Source: an uncultured Bacteroidota bacterium (GTDB lineage Bacteria > Bacteroidota > Bacteroidia > Chitinophagales > Chitinophagaceae). Taken from it: a stretch of 64,000 nt of DNA. Below are positions 21,056-30,898 of this stretch, one piece after another. The DNA is taken from the NCBI GenBank assembly GCA_903926855.1, contig CAIYKV010000044.1, positions 8,567-72,566 of the forward strand. The letters are read 5' to 3'. The position numbers were made by a program, and so were the translations under genes. The notes below the pieces were generated by a model, which ran no database searches, was not told the DNA's origin, and saw only the letters and a list, made by a program, of their open reading frames with translations. The first letter of the stretch is position 1. Each line of letters opens with the position of its first letter.

Positions 21056-22039
21056 CTAATTTTTGATAAAAACCCAGTTATTATAGGCGATTAGCACAAC
21101 CGATAACCAAAAAAGCAAATTGGGCAAAATTAACCTGCGTGGAAAAGAAAAGGCATTAGATGAAAATACTGCAATGGGTACCAGTGCCATAAAAGCCGAT
21201 TCTATTCCTGAATTGGTAAAAATAAATGGGATTGGAAGCAGTATTACCAGCATGGTAGCCATCATTCCCCAGTTTTTCCTGATCTGAATCACCATCCTTT
21301 GATTAAACACCTGCCAGTAATATAATCCTAACAATAAAACAATCAACAAAAAGGAAAGCTCAAATACCAGATTTTCTGACCAGTGTTGCAAAGGCAAAGT
21401 CAATTGCACAGAAGGTAAATAAGATAGGAAATGCGAAAGTTCATCTTTTAGAAAAAACCAGGAAAAAAGAAAATAATAAGGCAACACGATTCCCATCAAT
21501 AAAACCACCCATTCTGCAGTATTAAATGGTCGGACTTCCATTAATGCCAATAACACAACGATAATCAGTAATGCGGTAGGATGATAGCAGATTACGGATA
21601 GTCCGATAATAAGGCCAGTATTAAACAACAAGGTTTTAGGAGAAGGATTATTATATAACTTACTCAGTCTTGCGAATAACCATAATAACAAAAAATTAGC
21701 CAGCATTGCTGAAGAAATACTGCTCCATTGTGGCAGGATTCCAGTTAACAATATAAAAGTCATGGCAGGCACATAGGTATTCTGTGGAAACATCCTGAAA
21801 TTATTCAGGATCAGGTTTAGTCTTATTGCCTGAAAAAGCACAATTCCCAGGTATAAGACAACCAATACAGTTTGCGGTAGGCCAACAATATACTGTTTCA
21901 GAAAAAAAGAAAAGACGCCATCATCTGTATGTGAAAGTACAACAGGTGCTACCATAAATAAATGGACATGCACGCCTATACAAAGCAGCGCAAGAAAAAA
22001 AAGATTGATGATGGATTTATCCCTAAATAAAAAAACCAC
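21056..22039 (-). CDS. Polytopic membrane protein of unknown function
   Basis: About 9-10 hydrophobic spans and no motif I recognise. It lies 9 nt downstream of 22049-23578. Confidence 0.6.
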   Translation of the reverse strand: MVFLFRDKSIINLFFLALLCIGVHVHLFMVAPVVLSHTDDGVFSFFLKQYIVGLPQTVLVVLYLGIVLFQAIRLNLILNNFRMFPQNTYVPAMTFILLTGILPQWSSISSAMLANFLLLWLFARLSKLYNNPSPKTLLFNTGLIIGLSVICYHPTALLIIVVLLALMEVRPFNTAEWVVLLMGIVLPYYFLFSWFFLKDELSHFLSYLPSVQLTLPLQHWSENLVFELSFLLIVLLLGLYYWQVFNQRMVIQIRKNWGMMATMLVILLPIPFIFTNSGIESAFMALVPIAVFSSNAFSFPRRLILPNLLFWLSVVLIAYNNWVFIKN

Positions 22040-22048
22040 GCCTGTATA

Positions 22049-23578
22049 TTAAAATTCGAGTTTAGCAAAACAAGTATACCCTCTGTATTGACAAGGAATG
22101 ATGGCTTGCCTGGCACCTACCTGTTTAATATGTCGGGCCATAAAATCGTATCCTCTGTCAAGGTTTTTAAAAGTCGGGTTTCTGTCAATTTGCCCAACGG
22201 GAGAAATGCTCTGGTCCGTTAATATCATATTTCTTTTCTCCAACACATTGAAAACAAAATGTAACTGATCACCTGAATTCAGCAAACCAAAACCAATGAA
22301 ATTATCGGAATTATCATCGTACTGTGATTTCCTGATCACATTACTCCATTCCATTTTTCCATTGGGCTCGAATGAGATTACGACCACATTGTCTGCGAAA
22401 TAACGTGTCATACCATTAGCCGGGTTCCCATAATTATTATATCCTCCCGGATAATATCCAAATTGACTGCGTGTATAATAATCAGTCCCGGTAAGGTATG
22501 GGTTTCCATAGAGATAGTCCCAGCGGCTAAAGGTATTCTGGCCCCTTGTACTGGAATAAGCAGATTCGGCAATTACAATAAAGCCGCCGTCTTTTCTCAG
22601 GATAATCTGTTTAAAAAAGAAATCATTAAACGCAGATTTATTACTGCCATCTCCTTTCGCATCTGCTCTCAACTCATCTGAAAAATTAGTGGTGGCATTT
22701 AGTATTTCTTTGTTCATTACCTTATCCCAGAGCGTATAATAAATACCTTCAATATTCCCCCTTCTGGCCTTACTCGCAAAGGAAGAAACCAGGTAATGTT
22801 TATTAATATTATCTGCTTTTATCCGGATATTATCTAGAAATATACCGCTCACCTTAAGGTCATTCTCTGAAAACACATCATACATAGCCGGTTTGGTAAT
22901 CAGGAATACCTTATTGATATTATCATTGGAAGAAGTGCCGGATTCTCTAACACAAACCATATCTCCGTCATTATCCAGCGTAAACTCAGATAAGAAATCA
23001 TTCCGTTGCGGCATGGGTACAAATAGCCTCGATTTCTTCAACAGTTGCAAATCTTTATTGAAAAGACATGTGGTAAGAATATGCTGCTTATCATTTTTCG
23101 AATTCACTTTAAACAACATAATCTTCTGCTTATCCTCACTATTGATAAGGGAATAAATCTTATTACTGGCAGAATAATTAATGTTTTCAGTTGAGTCTAA
23201 TTCAATCTGCTCACCTACCTGTTTCCCATTTTCATCAAGCTTAATGGCCATGCAATAGACGGCTGTACGTTTCTGGTATTGATAGATCATATAAGCAAAA
23301 TCAGGGTATACCAGGAATTCCATATTCAATATCCGGGAATTGGCCAGTTCCATCCTGTTTTTAGCCTGCATTTTCATGTCTTCATCATACACTGATATAT
23401 AATACAGGTCACGGTAATTTTTATAAATCAACACCTTACCCTTTACTTTGCCTACAATCTCAAAATTGAGGTTACGGGGATCATCCCGGTCAGGCTCTGA
23501 ATATGTAACCCTTTGCGCCCTTGCAGAAAACAGGGTCACCAAAAGGCAGGTAAAGATTACAGCTATTTGCTTTTTCAT
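22049..23578 (-). CDS. Exported protein of unknown function
   Basis: Signal peptide (..LFSARAQ) and a 509-aa beta-rich sequence rich in Y, N and D. No catalytic motif recognised. Confidence 0.6.
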   Translation of the reverse strand: MKKQIAVIFTCLLVTLFSARAQRVTYSEPDRDDPRNLNFEIVGKVKGKVLIYKNYRDLYYISVYDEDMKMQAKNRMELANSRILNMEFLVYPDFAYMIYQYQKRTAVYCMAIKLDENGKQVGEQIELDSTENINYSASNKIYSLINSEDKQKIMLFKVNSKNDKQHILTTCLFNKDLQLLKKSRLFVPMPQRNDFLSEFTLDNDGDMVCVRESGTSSNDNINKVFLITKPAMYDVFSENDLKVSGIFLDNIRIKADNINKHYLVSSFASKARRGNIEGIYYTLWDKVMNKEILNATTNFSDELRADAKGDGSNKSAFNDFFFKQIILRKDGGFIVIAESAYSSTRGQNTFSRWDYLYGNPYLTGTDYYTRSQFGYYPGGYNNYGNPANGMTRYFADNVVVISFEPNGKMEWSNVIRKSQYDDNSDNFIGFGLLNSGDQLHFVFNVLEKRNMILTDQSISPVGQIDRNPTFKNLDRGYDFMARHIKQVGARQAIIPCQYRGYTCFAKLEF

Positions 23579-23702
23579 TTCCAGATAGAAATTTATATTT
23601 CAAATGTACGGTTTACCCGTCTTAACAGATACCTAAATTAACCGTAAACAGGATAAAAACCTTGTCGTTGCAATATTTACCAAGCGGGAGTAAATTTACC
23701 TA

Positions 23703-23710
23703 TACATTTG
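23703..23710 (+). promoter_or_regulatory. Bacteroidota-type -7 box (TACATTTG) for kup
   Basis: Matches TAnnTTTG 38 nt upstream of the GTG start at 23748. Confidence 0.35.
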
Positions 23711-23747
23711 TTAAAATATTTCCAGTCTAAAGCAATAATTTTTTTGT

Positions 23748-25736
23748 GTGAGCAAGAATTTCAATAAGGTAACTACTGCCGGACTCATCATTGCATTAGG
23801 GATCATTTATGGCGATATCGGCACATCTCCACTGTATGTATTAAACGAAATCATTACCGGACGGGCAATTTCCGAAAAGCTGATTATCGGGTCCCTCTCC
23901 TGTATTATTTGGACCCTCACTTTACAAACTACCATAAAATATGTGATTCTTACGCTAAAAGCGGATAATAAGGGTGAAGGGGGCATTTTCAGCTTGTATG
24001 CACTTGTGAGAAGAAGAAGAAAATGGCTGGTTGTGCCCGCCATGCTGGGTGGTGCCGCCTTGCTGGCAGATGGGATTATCACTCCACCCATTACCGTTAC
24101 TTCTGCAATTGAAGGATTGCGCCAGCTTCATGCATTAAAGGATATCCAACAAAATACCATCATAGGCATTGTTATAGGGATTATTACGGCTTTATTTTTC
24201 CTGCAACAATTCGGAACCGCCTCCATCGGTAAGCTATTCGGACCCATTATGGGCATTTGGTTTGCCATGTTGGCAATATTGGGTTGCACACATTTATTGG
24301 ATGATATAGGAATATTCAAAGCCCTGAATCCTTATTACGCCATCGATTTGCTAACCACCTATCCAAAGGGTTTCTGGCTATTGGGAGCGGTTTTTTTGTG
24401 TACTACCGGTGCCGAAGCATTATACAGCGATCTAGGTCATTGCGGAAGAGGAAATATCCGGTTCTCCTGGATCTTTGTAAAAACATGTTTGATATTGAAT
24501 TATTTGGGACAGGGAGCCTGGTTACTGGCCAATTACAAAGACCAGATCATCCCCCCACAGGTAATGGCAGATGGATTTAATCCCTTTATAGGTGTGATGC
24601 CACAATGGTTCAAACTGGCAGGAATTATGATTTCCACTACCGCAGCAGTAATTGCCAGTCAGGCATTGATTTCAGGCTCATTTACCTTAATCAGTGAAGC
24701 TATGCGGCTGAATCTTTGGCCAAAAATGAAGATCAATTATCCAACCGAAGAAAAAGGACAACTTTATATTCCCGGTATCAGCCTTTTATTATACATCGGC
24801 TGTGTAGGTATTGTTTTATACTTTCAGAAATCATCGAATATGGGGGCTGCCTATGGACTGGCCATTACCATGTGCATGATCAGCACCTCTTTGTTATTTG
24901 CTAATTTTCTGGTAAGCCGGAGGGTTCAGTCGATATGGATATATCTGTACCTGGTTGTTTACCTGATTATTGAAAGTTCATTCCTGATTGCCAACCTGGA
25001 AAAATTCTTACATGGAGGTTATGTAACACTGATTGTAGGCGGGGGTTTATTTGCTGTAATGTATGTTTGGTTCCGAAGTCGTAAGATCAAAAACCGCTAT
25101 GTTGAGTTTGTTCGTATGGAACACTATATACCCATGATTCAGGAGTTGAGTAACGATAGAACCATTGGTAAATATGCCACTCACCTGGTATACATGACCA
25201 GTGCCAATAACCCAAAAGAAATAGAGCACAAAATCATTTATTCTATTCTGAATAAAAAACCTAAAAGGGCCGATATCTACTGGTTTGTGCATGTGGATGT
25301 ATTAGACGATCCTTATACCTGCGAATATTCTGTAGAACATATTATACCCAATGATATTATCCGTGTCGAGTTTCGCTTAGGATTCCGGGTTGAGCAACGC
25401 ATTAACCTGATGTTCCGCAAAGTGGTTGAGGACCTGGTAAACAATAAAGAAGTGAATATCACCAGTCGCTATGAAAGCCTGGAAAGAAATAATGTTGTCG
25501 GGGATTTTCAGTTTATTGTTCTTGAAAAATACCTTAGCCAGGATAATGAACTTCCTTTCTTTGAAAGAATCATTATGAAATTATATTTCTGGCTCAAAGA
25601 AATCAGTTTGGGAGAAGAACGGGGGTTTGGACTGGATCCTAGTTTTGTTACCATTGAAAAATTTCCGCTGATTGTTGCCCCGGTTTCAAGACTTAATCTC
25701 AAGCGGGTTTACCATGAAGGAAATGATTTTGAATGA
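23748..25736 (+). CDS. kup: KUP/HAK/KT potassium transporter
   Basis: GDIGTSPLYV signature, 12 TM spans and a cytoplasmic C-terminal domain. GTG start. Confidence 0.93.
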   Translation: MSKNFNKVTTAGLIIALGIIYGDIGTSPLYVLNEIITGRAISEKLIIGSLSCIIWTLTLQTTIKYVILTLKADNKGEGGIFSLYALVRRRRKWLVVPAMLGGAALLADGIITPPITVTSAIEGLRQLHALKDIQQNTIIGIVIGIITALFFLQQFGTASIGKLFGPIMGIWFAMLAILGCTHLLDDIGIFKALNPYYAIDLLTTYPKGFWLLGAVFLCTTGAEALYSDLGHCGRGNIRFSWIFVKTCLILNYLGQGAWLLANYKDQIIPPQVMADGFNPFIGVMPQWFKLAGIMISTTAAVIASQALISGSFTLISEAMRLNLWPKMKINYPTEEKGQLYIPGISLLLYIGCVGIVLYFQKSSNMGAAYGLAITMCMISTSLLFANFLVSRRVQSIWIYLYLVVYLIIESSFLIANLEKFLHGGYVTLIVGGGLFAVMYVWFRSRKIKNRYVEFVRMEHYIPMIQELSNDRTIGKYATHLVYMTSANNPKEIEHKIIYSILNKKPKRADIYWFVHVDVLDDPYTCEYSVEHIIPNDIIRVEFRLGFRVEQRINLMFRKVVEDLVNNKEVNITSRYESLERNNVVGDFQFIVLEKYLSQDNELPFFERIIMKLYFWLKEISLGEERGFGLDPSFVTIEKFPLIVAPVSRLNLKRVYHEGNDFE

Positions 25737-26029
25737 ACCATATCAGCCCGAAAGAATTAAAAAACAAACTTCAGGATCCCGATATCTTTCTGCTGGATGT
25801 AAGGGAGCCAGATGAACATGCTTCATTCAATATTGGAGGCATGTTGATACCATTGGGGGAGATCATCAGTCAGGCAAAAAATATACCCACGGATACACCT
25901 GTTTTTGTGTATTGCGAAAAAGGAATCAGAAGCCAGATAGCGATTCAAAGATTACAGGAAAAATTCGGGTTTACCAATCTGGTGAATTTAACAGGGGGAA
26001 TGCATTCGTGGAGAAAAGAAATAGAGTAG
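25733..26029 (+). CDS. Single-domain rhodanese-like sulfurtransferase
   Basis: LLDVREPDE and the active-site loop YCEKGIRS. Its ATG overlaps the kup stop (ATGA). Confidence 0.8.
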   Translation: MNHISPKELKNKLQDPDIFLLDVREPDEHASFNIGGMLIPLGEIISQAKNIPTDTPVFVYCEKGIRSQIAIQRLQEKFGFTNLVNLTGGMHSWRKEIE

Positions 26030-26054
26030 TCAGCAAAAAAAGGCTAAAAAAAGC

Positions 26055-26088
26055 AAGAACCCACCACATACTATATGGGCAGGTTCTT
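26055..26088 (+). terminator. Weak hairpin between convergent rhodanese and OB-fold genes
   Basis: aagaacc / ggttctt stem with two further C-G pairs, followed by a T-rich run. The stem is imperfect. Confidence 0.35.
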
Positions 26089-26133
26089 TATTGGGGGGGA
26101 GTACACGCCGTAATAATGAAATCACGAAAATTA

Positions 26134-26559
26134 CTATTGAGGGTTGTTTTCAAGGATTGCTTCATTTAAAACCACATCACTCAAAAAACCATTACAAATC
26201 CCTTTTACCCGAATGGTTTTACCAAGCTCAGGTTTTGAATTACCTGATTTTAGCGTACAGAATACATTCGAAAAGGCATCATCACTTTTTAAAGTAACTG
26301 TGGTTTGTCCAGCCTGGTCAGTCTTTACATCTGATACTTCTCCTGCAACCACAACCGCTTTATTCAGGTATTTTTCATTTGCAACTTTCTCATTTAGCTG
26401 AAACTCTTTTACAATTTCTCTTGCAGCTACGGCTATCCCTTTTTCATTGGCTACTTCCCGATGATGGTTTTTTGAATATACAAATACATAGTACCAAACA
26501 GAGGTCCCAGAAATTAGTAGGAAAAGAATAGTTGCTAACAGAATTTTCTTTTTCATCAT
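26134..26559 (-). CDS. OB-fold (tRNA_anti-like family) membrane-anchored protein
   Basis: N-terminal TM anchor, then the ..FQLNEKVANEKYLNKAVVVAGEVSDV..TLKS.. pattern typical of the Bacteroidota OB-fold lipoprotein family (recalled, not searched). Confidence 0.6.
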   Translation of the reverse strand: MMKKKILLATILFLLISGTSVWYYVFVYSKNHHREVANEKGIAVAAREIVKEFQLNEKVANEKYLNKAVVVAGEVSDVKTDQAGQTTVTLKSDDAFSNVFCTLKSGNSKPELGKTIRVKGICNGFLSDVVLNEAILENNPQ

Positions 26560-26569
26560 GCATGATTTT

Positions 26570-27505
26570 TTATAAATCCCATTTGGCTGTAATGGGTTGC
26601 TTATGTTTTACTACTGTAAATACCCTTGAAATATTAAACCCGAAATGGATATCTCCATTACTCCATTTACCATCTGTTTGGGTAATAAAACTTTTCTCGT
26701 TGATTCCTGTTGAGTTGGTGAAATGCAATTGAAAAACATGTCCGCCGGTTTCAATATCAAACCCCAATGACAAAGAATTCTGCATTCCTGCAAGCGGGTT
26801 GAACTGGTAATAATATTCCCCCGTCAGGTTTATCCGCTTGGATAAACGTTGGCGAAAACCTACTCCTAAAGAATACAGATCATTGGGAATAACAGAGGTG
26901 GTAACAATATTATAATGTACCAGCGTAGGCACCAACTGTAATGAAAAATAATCTCCAAACTTTCTGGCAAAAATCAACTGATGGGCATAAAAGAAATGAT
27001 CTGTATAGTTGATCGGATAGCTGGTTGCAGGATCTTTTAATGATTGCCATAAACCTGTTGCAACATAACTGATAGATAGGGGAACTGTGTGCTTTCCCGT
27101 TGACTGACGCAGTATCCTGTATTTTAAGAAGCCGTCAAATTCTTTGTTAAAAGTACTCCGCCCTACGCCCACCATCAGCCTGTCAGTAATTCCATAATCC
27201 AGGCCCAATCGCATGGTTGCCTGATCAAGTCCGAAAAAATTATATGCGCCTGAATTTAGAGTGCCAAATCTATGTGAGATTTTCAAATCAAGAATACCTC
27301 TGCCAACATTTTCTATTGACTGCCCGTTTACCATTCGGGTGGTTTTAAAAGTGGCCGTTACGATATCTGTCTTTTCTTTTTTGTCTTTTTTATCCTGTTC
27401 CTCCTGCATTTTGAAAAGATCTATTTCCTGCGCATAAATAGTTTTTGCAAACAGGGATGCTCCCAGTAAAATAAAAACGATAGAAAGTCTATGATAATGC
27501 TTCAT
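26570..27505 (-). CDS. Outer-membrane beta-barrel protein (DUF5777-like)
   Basis: Signal peptide, alternating beta-strand pattern throughout and an aromatic-rich C-terminus. The family name is recalled, not searched. Confidence 0.55.
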   Translation of the reverse strand: MKHYHRLSIVFILLGASLFAKTIYAQEIDLFKMQEEQDKKDKKEKTDIVTATFKTTRMVNGQSIENVGRGILDLKISHRFGTLNSGAYNFFGLDQATMRLGLDYGITDRLMVGVGRSTFNKEFDGFLKYRILRQSTGKHTVPLSISYVATGLWQSLKDPATSYPINYTDHFFYAHQLIFARKFGDYFSLQLVPTLVHYNIVTTSVIPNDLYSLGVGFRQRLSKRINLTGEYYYQFNPLAGMQNSLSLGFDIETGGHVFQLHFTNSTGINEKSFITQTDGKWSNGDIHFGFNISRVFTVVKHKQPITAKWDL

Positions 27506-27525
27506 TAGTCTGGTTTATCGGGCGT

Positions 27526-28065
27526 TTACTCGTATTTACAATCAATGGTGATTTCCGCTTCATTGGCAATTTTGTCACCGATATACAAACCGGTAACACC
27601 ATACTCCTTTATTTTTATTTTGAATACACCCGAAATAGCCGGTTTGCCTTTACTCATCACCAAAGTTCCTTGTGTACTTACTTTTTGAGATACCCCATGT
27701 ATGGTGAGTGTACCTTCTACAGTAATGGGATATTTTCCATCTTTTGTAAAGTCAACCGTGCTGATATTGGTAATAAACCCCTTGAAATCAGCTTTGGGAA
27801 ACTTTGTACTCTCCAAATAGTTTTCATTGAAATGATCTTCCATCAACTGATTCTCGAACTTGAAACTTTTAATCAGAATACTGAACACGATTTGCCCGGA
27901 TTTGTCAACCATCTTACTGTCAACCTGATTATTAACTCCAGCAATTTTTTCAATCGGACTACTTGCATTGAAACTAACCTGTCCGGTTTTTGTGGCATAA
28001 ATTTTTTGTGCCTGTAACGAAAAAAAAATAGAGGTTACAAAACAGAATACAACCAGCTTTTTCAT
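27526..28065 (-). CDS. YceI-family periplasmic lipid/polyisoprenoid-binding protein
   Basis: Signal peptide and 179 aa. Shows SFNASSPIEKI.G.N..V......F.I.SF......M..H... and LT(I)HGV.., typical of YceI. Confidence 0.8.
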   Translation of the reverse strand: MKKLVVFCFVTSIFFSLQAQKIYATKTGQVSFNASSPIEKIAGVNNQVDSKMVDKSGQIVFSILIKSFKFENQLMEDHFNENYLESTKFPKADFKGFITNISTVDFTKDGKYPITVEGTLTIHGVSQKVSTQGTLVMSKGKPAISGVFKIKIKEYGVTGLYIGDKIANEAEITIDCKYE

Positions 28066-28074
28066 AATAGTAAT

Positions 28075-28440
28075 TTAATTGTTTACACTCCCGCCATTGA
28101 TCCAGGCAGTTATTTTATTGATATCACAGGAAGACAACTTCCCGCTATTTAAAGGCATAGATGGTACTGCTCCGGTTTGATTAATAGAACTGAGTAGCTG
28201 ACCATTTGTTATATATATTTTCAGATTGGTATAACTGTCTAACTTGATGCCGCCTCCAGCACTTGCGGAACCACTATGACAGGAATAACAATTTGTACTA
28301 AGTATATTGCTAACAGTTACACTATAGGTCGTATTTGTTGTATCACAGGCGGTAGAAACTGGATATACCAGATTGGCTTTATCATAATAACATCCTGAAA
28401 AACACAAAACAAGAAAAATAATTCCGGGCAATAATTTCAT
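28075..28440 (-). CDS. Small lipoprotein with a c-type heme-binding motif (planctomycete-cytochrome-c-like domain)
   Basis: Lipobox LCFSGC. CYSCH at nt 28276-28290, then GGIKLDSY...SMP...ITAWINGG, giving a CxxCH / Met-Pro / WIxxG layout. Confidence 0.6.
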   Translation of the reverse strand: MKLLPGIIFLVLCFSGCYYDKANLVYPVSTACDTTNTTYSVTVSNILSTNCYSCHSGSASAGGGIKLDSYTNLKIYITNGQLLSSINQTGAVPSMPLNSGKLSSCDINKITAWINGGSVNN

Positions 28441-28474
28441 TTCAATCCTTTTTAATACAATTCAATCATTTTTT

Positions 28475-29641
28475 TTAGTTATTCAACATTCCCTGAGAAA
28501 TCCAGGTATTAAACAGGGCAATAAAACTAGCTGACAATGGCGATCCTCCCTGAGGCATACGAGAACCGGAACAATACGTTGTGCCGATCTTATTCTGAAT
28601 AGAATTACATCCTGATGTATGACTGGATATCCCTGAGTAACTAGACATATAAGAATGGCAACCACTGCAACTGGTTTTAAATACCGGCAATATTTGTGTA
28701 GAAAAACTAACCGATGAAGTAGATGCTGCATTTACTACCAATGAATAAGTAGTGGTTACTTTACCCGCAGAATTTGCCGCTGAAATTGTTAAGGTATATG
28801 TGCCGCTGGCAACCGCATTTGTCCAGCTGATTACGCCTGATGCACTGTTTATTGTTACACCTGTAGGTATGGTTCCAGTTAAGCTATATGCAATCGTACC
28901 CAATCCATTATTGATGGAAGGAGCGGCTGAGGAACCTGCGGTTCCCTGGGTTACGGTTGTAGTAGCTGGCGAATAGGTAAAACTTGAAGGAACTGTTACT
29001 GTTGCAGTGCTGGTTACTGTTAATGAATAGGTTGCAGATATACTTCCCGATGCATTCGTTGCCGTTACAGAAAGTGAATAATTACCCACTGCTACCGTTT
29101 TAGCCCAACTAATCACACCCGTGCTACCACTGATGGTAATTCCGGAAGGAATGGTTCCTGTGAGACCGTATGCAGGGGCACCCCCGGTTCCGGCATTAAT
29201 GGTTGGGGTAGCTGAACTACCTGCTGTTCCGGAAACAACTGTAGAACTGGAAGGACTATATACGAGATTCGTAGGCGCAGCAACAGGTGGGGTGGTAACA
29301 ACCAGGATATATCCGGTATTGGCAATACCACTGCTATTCGTCGCAGTAATTATCAGGTTATAAGTTCCAATAGCTACAGTAGAAATCCAACTAATCACCC
29401 CTGTTTTACTATTAATACTGATACCCTGGTTCGCGGTATTGGTGATGGTATACGTTACGGATCCGCCATTATTATCCAGACTGGGCGCAACTGAACTACC
29501 GGCTGTTCCGCTGATAACTGAAATACTATCCGCAGAATAAACCAGATTGGATGGGGCTTTGGAAATAGTCAAGACTTCATGCTGACAAGCATAAATAAGT
29601 ACTGCTGCAAAACAAAGTATTACAATGACTGTTTTTCTCAT
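28475..29641 (-). CDS. Lipoprotein with three Ig-like (He_PIG-type) repeats and a C-terminal CxxCH cytochrome-c-like domain
   Basis: Lipobox LIYAC. Repeats cover aa 30-116, 123-210 and 218-304. CSGCH lies at nt 28655-28669, then RMP...FNTWISQG. The C-terminus resembles the whole of 28075-28440. Confidence 0.65.
   Translation of the reverse strand: MRKTVIVILCFAAVLIYACQHEVLTISKAPSNLVYSADSISVISGTAGSSVAPSLDNNGGSVTYTITNTANQGISINSKTGVISWISTVAIGTYNLIITATNSSGIANTGYILVVTTPPVAAPTNLVYSPSSSTVVSGTAGSSATPTINAGTGGAPAYGLTGTIPSGITISGSTGVISWAKTVAVGNYSLSVTATNASGSISATYSLTVTSTATVTVPSSFTYSPATTTVTQGTAGSSAAPSINNGLGTIAYSLTGTIPTGVTINSASGVISWTNAVASGTYTLTISAANSAGKVTTTYSLVVNAASTSSVSFSTQILPVFKTSCSGCHSYMSSYSGISSHTSGCNSIQNKIGTTYCSGSRMPQGGSPLSASFIALFNTWISQGMLNN
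28730..29554 (-). repeat. Three tandem ~88-aa coding repeats inside 28475-29641
   Basis: Each unit reads P(S/T)(N/S)(L/F)(V/T)YS...(S/Q)GTAGSS..P(S/T)(L/I)(D/N)...GVISW...(A/V).G.Y.L.(I/V).A.N..G......Y.L.V. Confidence 0.85.
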
Positions 29642-30034
29642 ATTCCTGGGTTTTTCGAAAGGATCAGATTCGATGTTTGAACACAGAGATACAAATTATT
29701 GATTACCCGCTGCTTAGATTAGGATAAATTTTAGTCGTTTTTTTAGTTAAAAACCCTGATTTCTGCCAAAAACCACAAGATTTCTTGAAAATTATCAAAT
29801 TCGTTCCCCCATCTCTTAATTTATAGCCCCCTTAAAATGATCAATTCTTACCTATCCGTTACGAATAAGCCATAAATACCCTTTCGAAAAAGTTTCTGCA
29901 CCGTATTCCTATACGAACCCATATTCATTTCGTTGCCCTAATTATAAATTATTAATTGTTAATTAGTAATTGCACCTCCCCTTCCTTTGCATTTCCACCT
30001 AAAAAACTGAACTTACCCAAACAAAGGGATTGAT

Positions 30035-30826
30035 TTGTCATCACTGATTATCTATATCGTTCTCGGCTATCTTGCGCTGGCACTACTTGTCTATTTTGTG
30101 CAGGAGCGATTTATTTTTAAACCCGAAAAACTTCCCCAGGATTTTGAATATAAGTATGCGGTTCCTTTTGAAGAATTATTTTTTGATGTAGCAGAAGGGA
30201 TTCGGATTAACGGGCTTCATTTTTATTGCCCCAATCCAAAAGGACTGATCCTTTATTTTCATGGCAATTCCAGAAGTATTAAAGGGTGGGCTAAGCATGC
30301 GAAGGATTTTTACAGATACCAGTATGATGTTGTATTGGTAGATTATCGTGGTTTTGGTAAAAGCACAGGGAAAAGAAGTGAGAAAGATATGCTCAATGAT
30401 ATGCAGTTTGTATATGAGAGCCTGATGAAAAAACATGCAGAAAATCATATTCTCGTTTATGGAAGGAGTTTGGGTAGCGGTTTTGCCGCAAAAATTGCTG
30501 CCGACAATTCTCCCAGATACCTGATTCTGGATGCTCCGTATTTTAGTTTTCTTAAAGTTGCGGAAAGATTTACTCCTTTCCTGCCACACAAATGGCTACT
30601 ACGGTATCACCTGCATACAGATCAATGGATACGAAAAGTAAACTGTCATACCTATATACTGCATGGCACCCGCGACCGGCTAATCCCTATCAGGCATAGT
30701 GAGAAATTACAAATGCTGAATCCCAGAATGATTACCCTGATCAGAATACATGGTGGCGGTCATAATAACCTTCCTTCTTTCCCCGAGTACCATAATTTTA
30801 TCAGGGATATCCTTAAATCTGATTAG
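30035..30826 (+). CDS. Membrane-anchored alpha/beta hydrolase (S9/S33-like), copy 1
   Basis: N-terminal TM helix, YFHGNS, the GRSLGSG nucleophile elbow, a C-terminal GT(R)D and GGHNN. TTG start. Confidence 0.75.
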   Translation: MSSLIIYIVLGYLALALLVYFVQERFIFKPEKLPQDFEYKYAVPFEELFFDVAEGIRINGLHFYCPNPKGLILYFHGNSRSIKGWAKHAKDFYRYQYDVVLVDYRGFGKSTGKRSEKDMLNDMQFVYESLMKKHAENHILVYGRSLGSGFAAKIAADNSPRYLILDAPYFSFLKVAERFTPFLPHKWLLRYHLHTDQWIRKVNCHTYILHGTRDRLIPIRHSEKLQMLNPRMITLIRIHGGGHNNLPSFPEYHNFIRDILKSD

Positions 30827-30898
30827 AGATCTCTAAAATTTCTCAAGCGGAATCAAAATGGCTTAGCTGCTATCCTGTATAAAAATTATCTTCACAAA

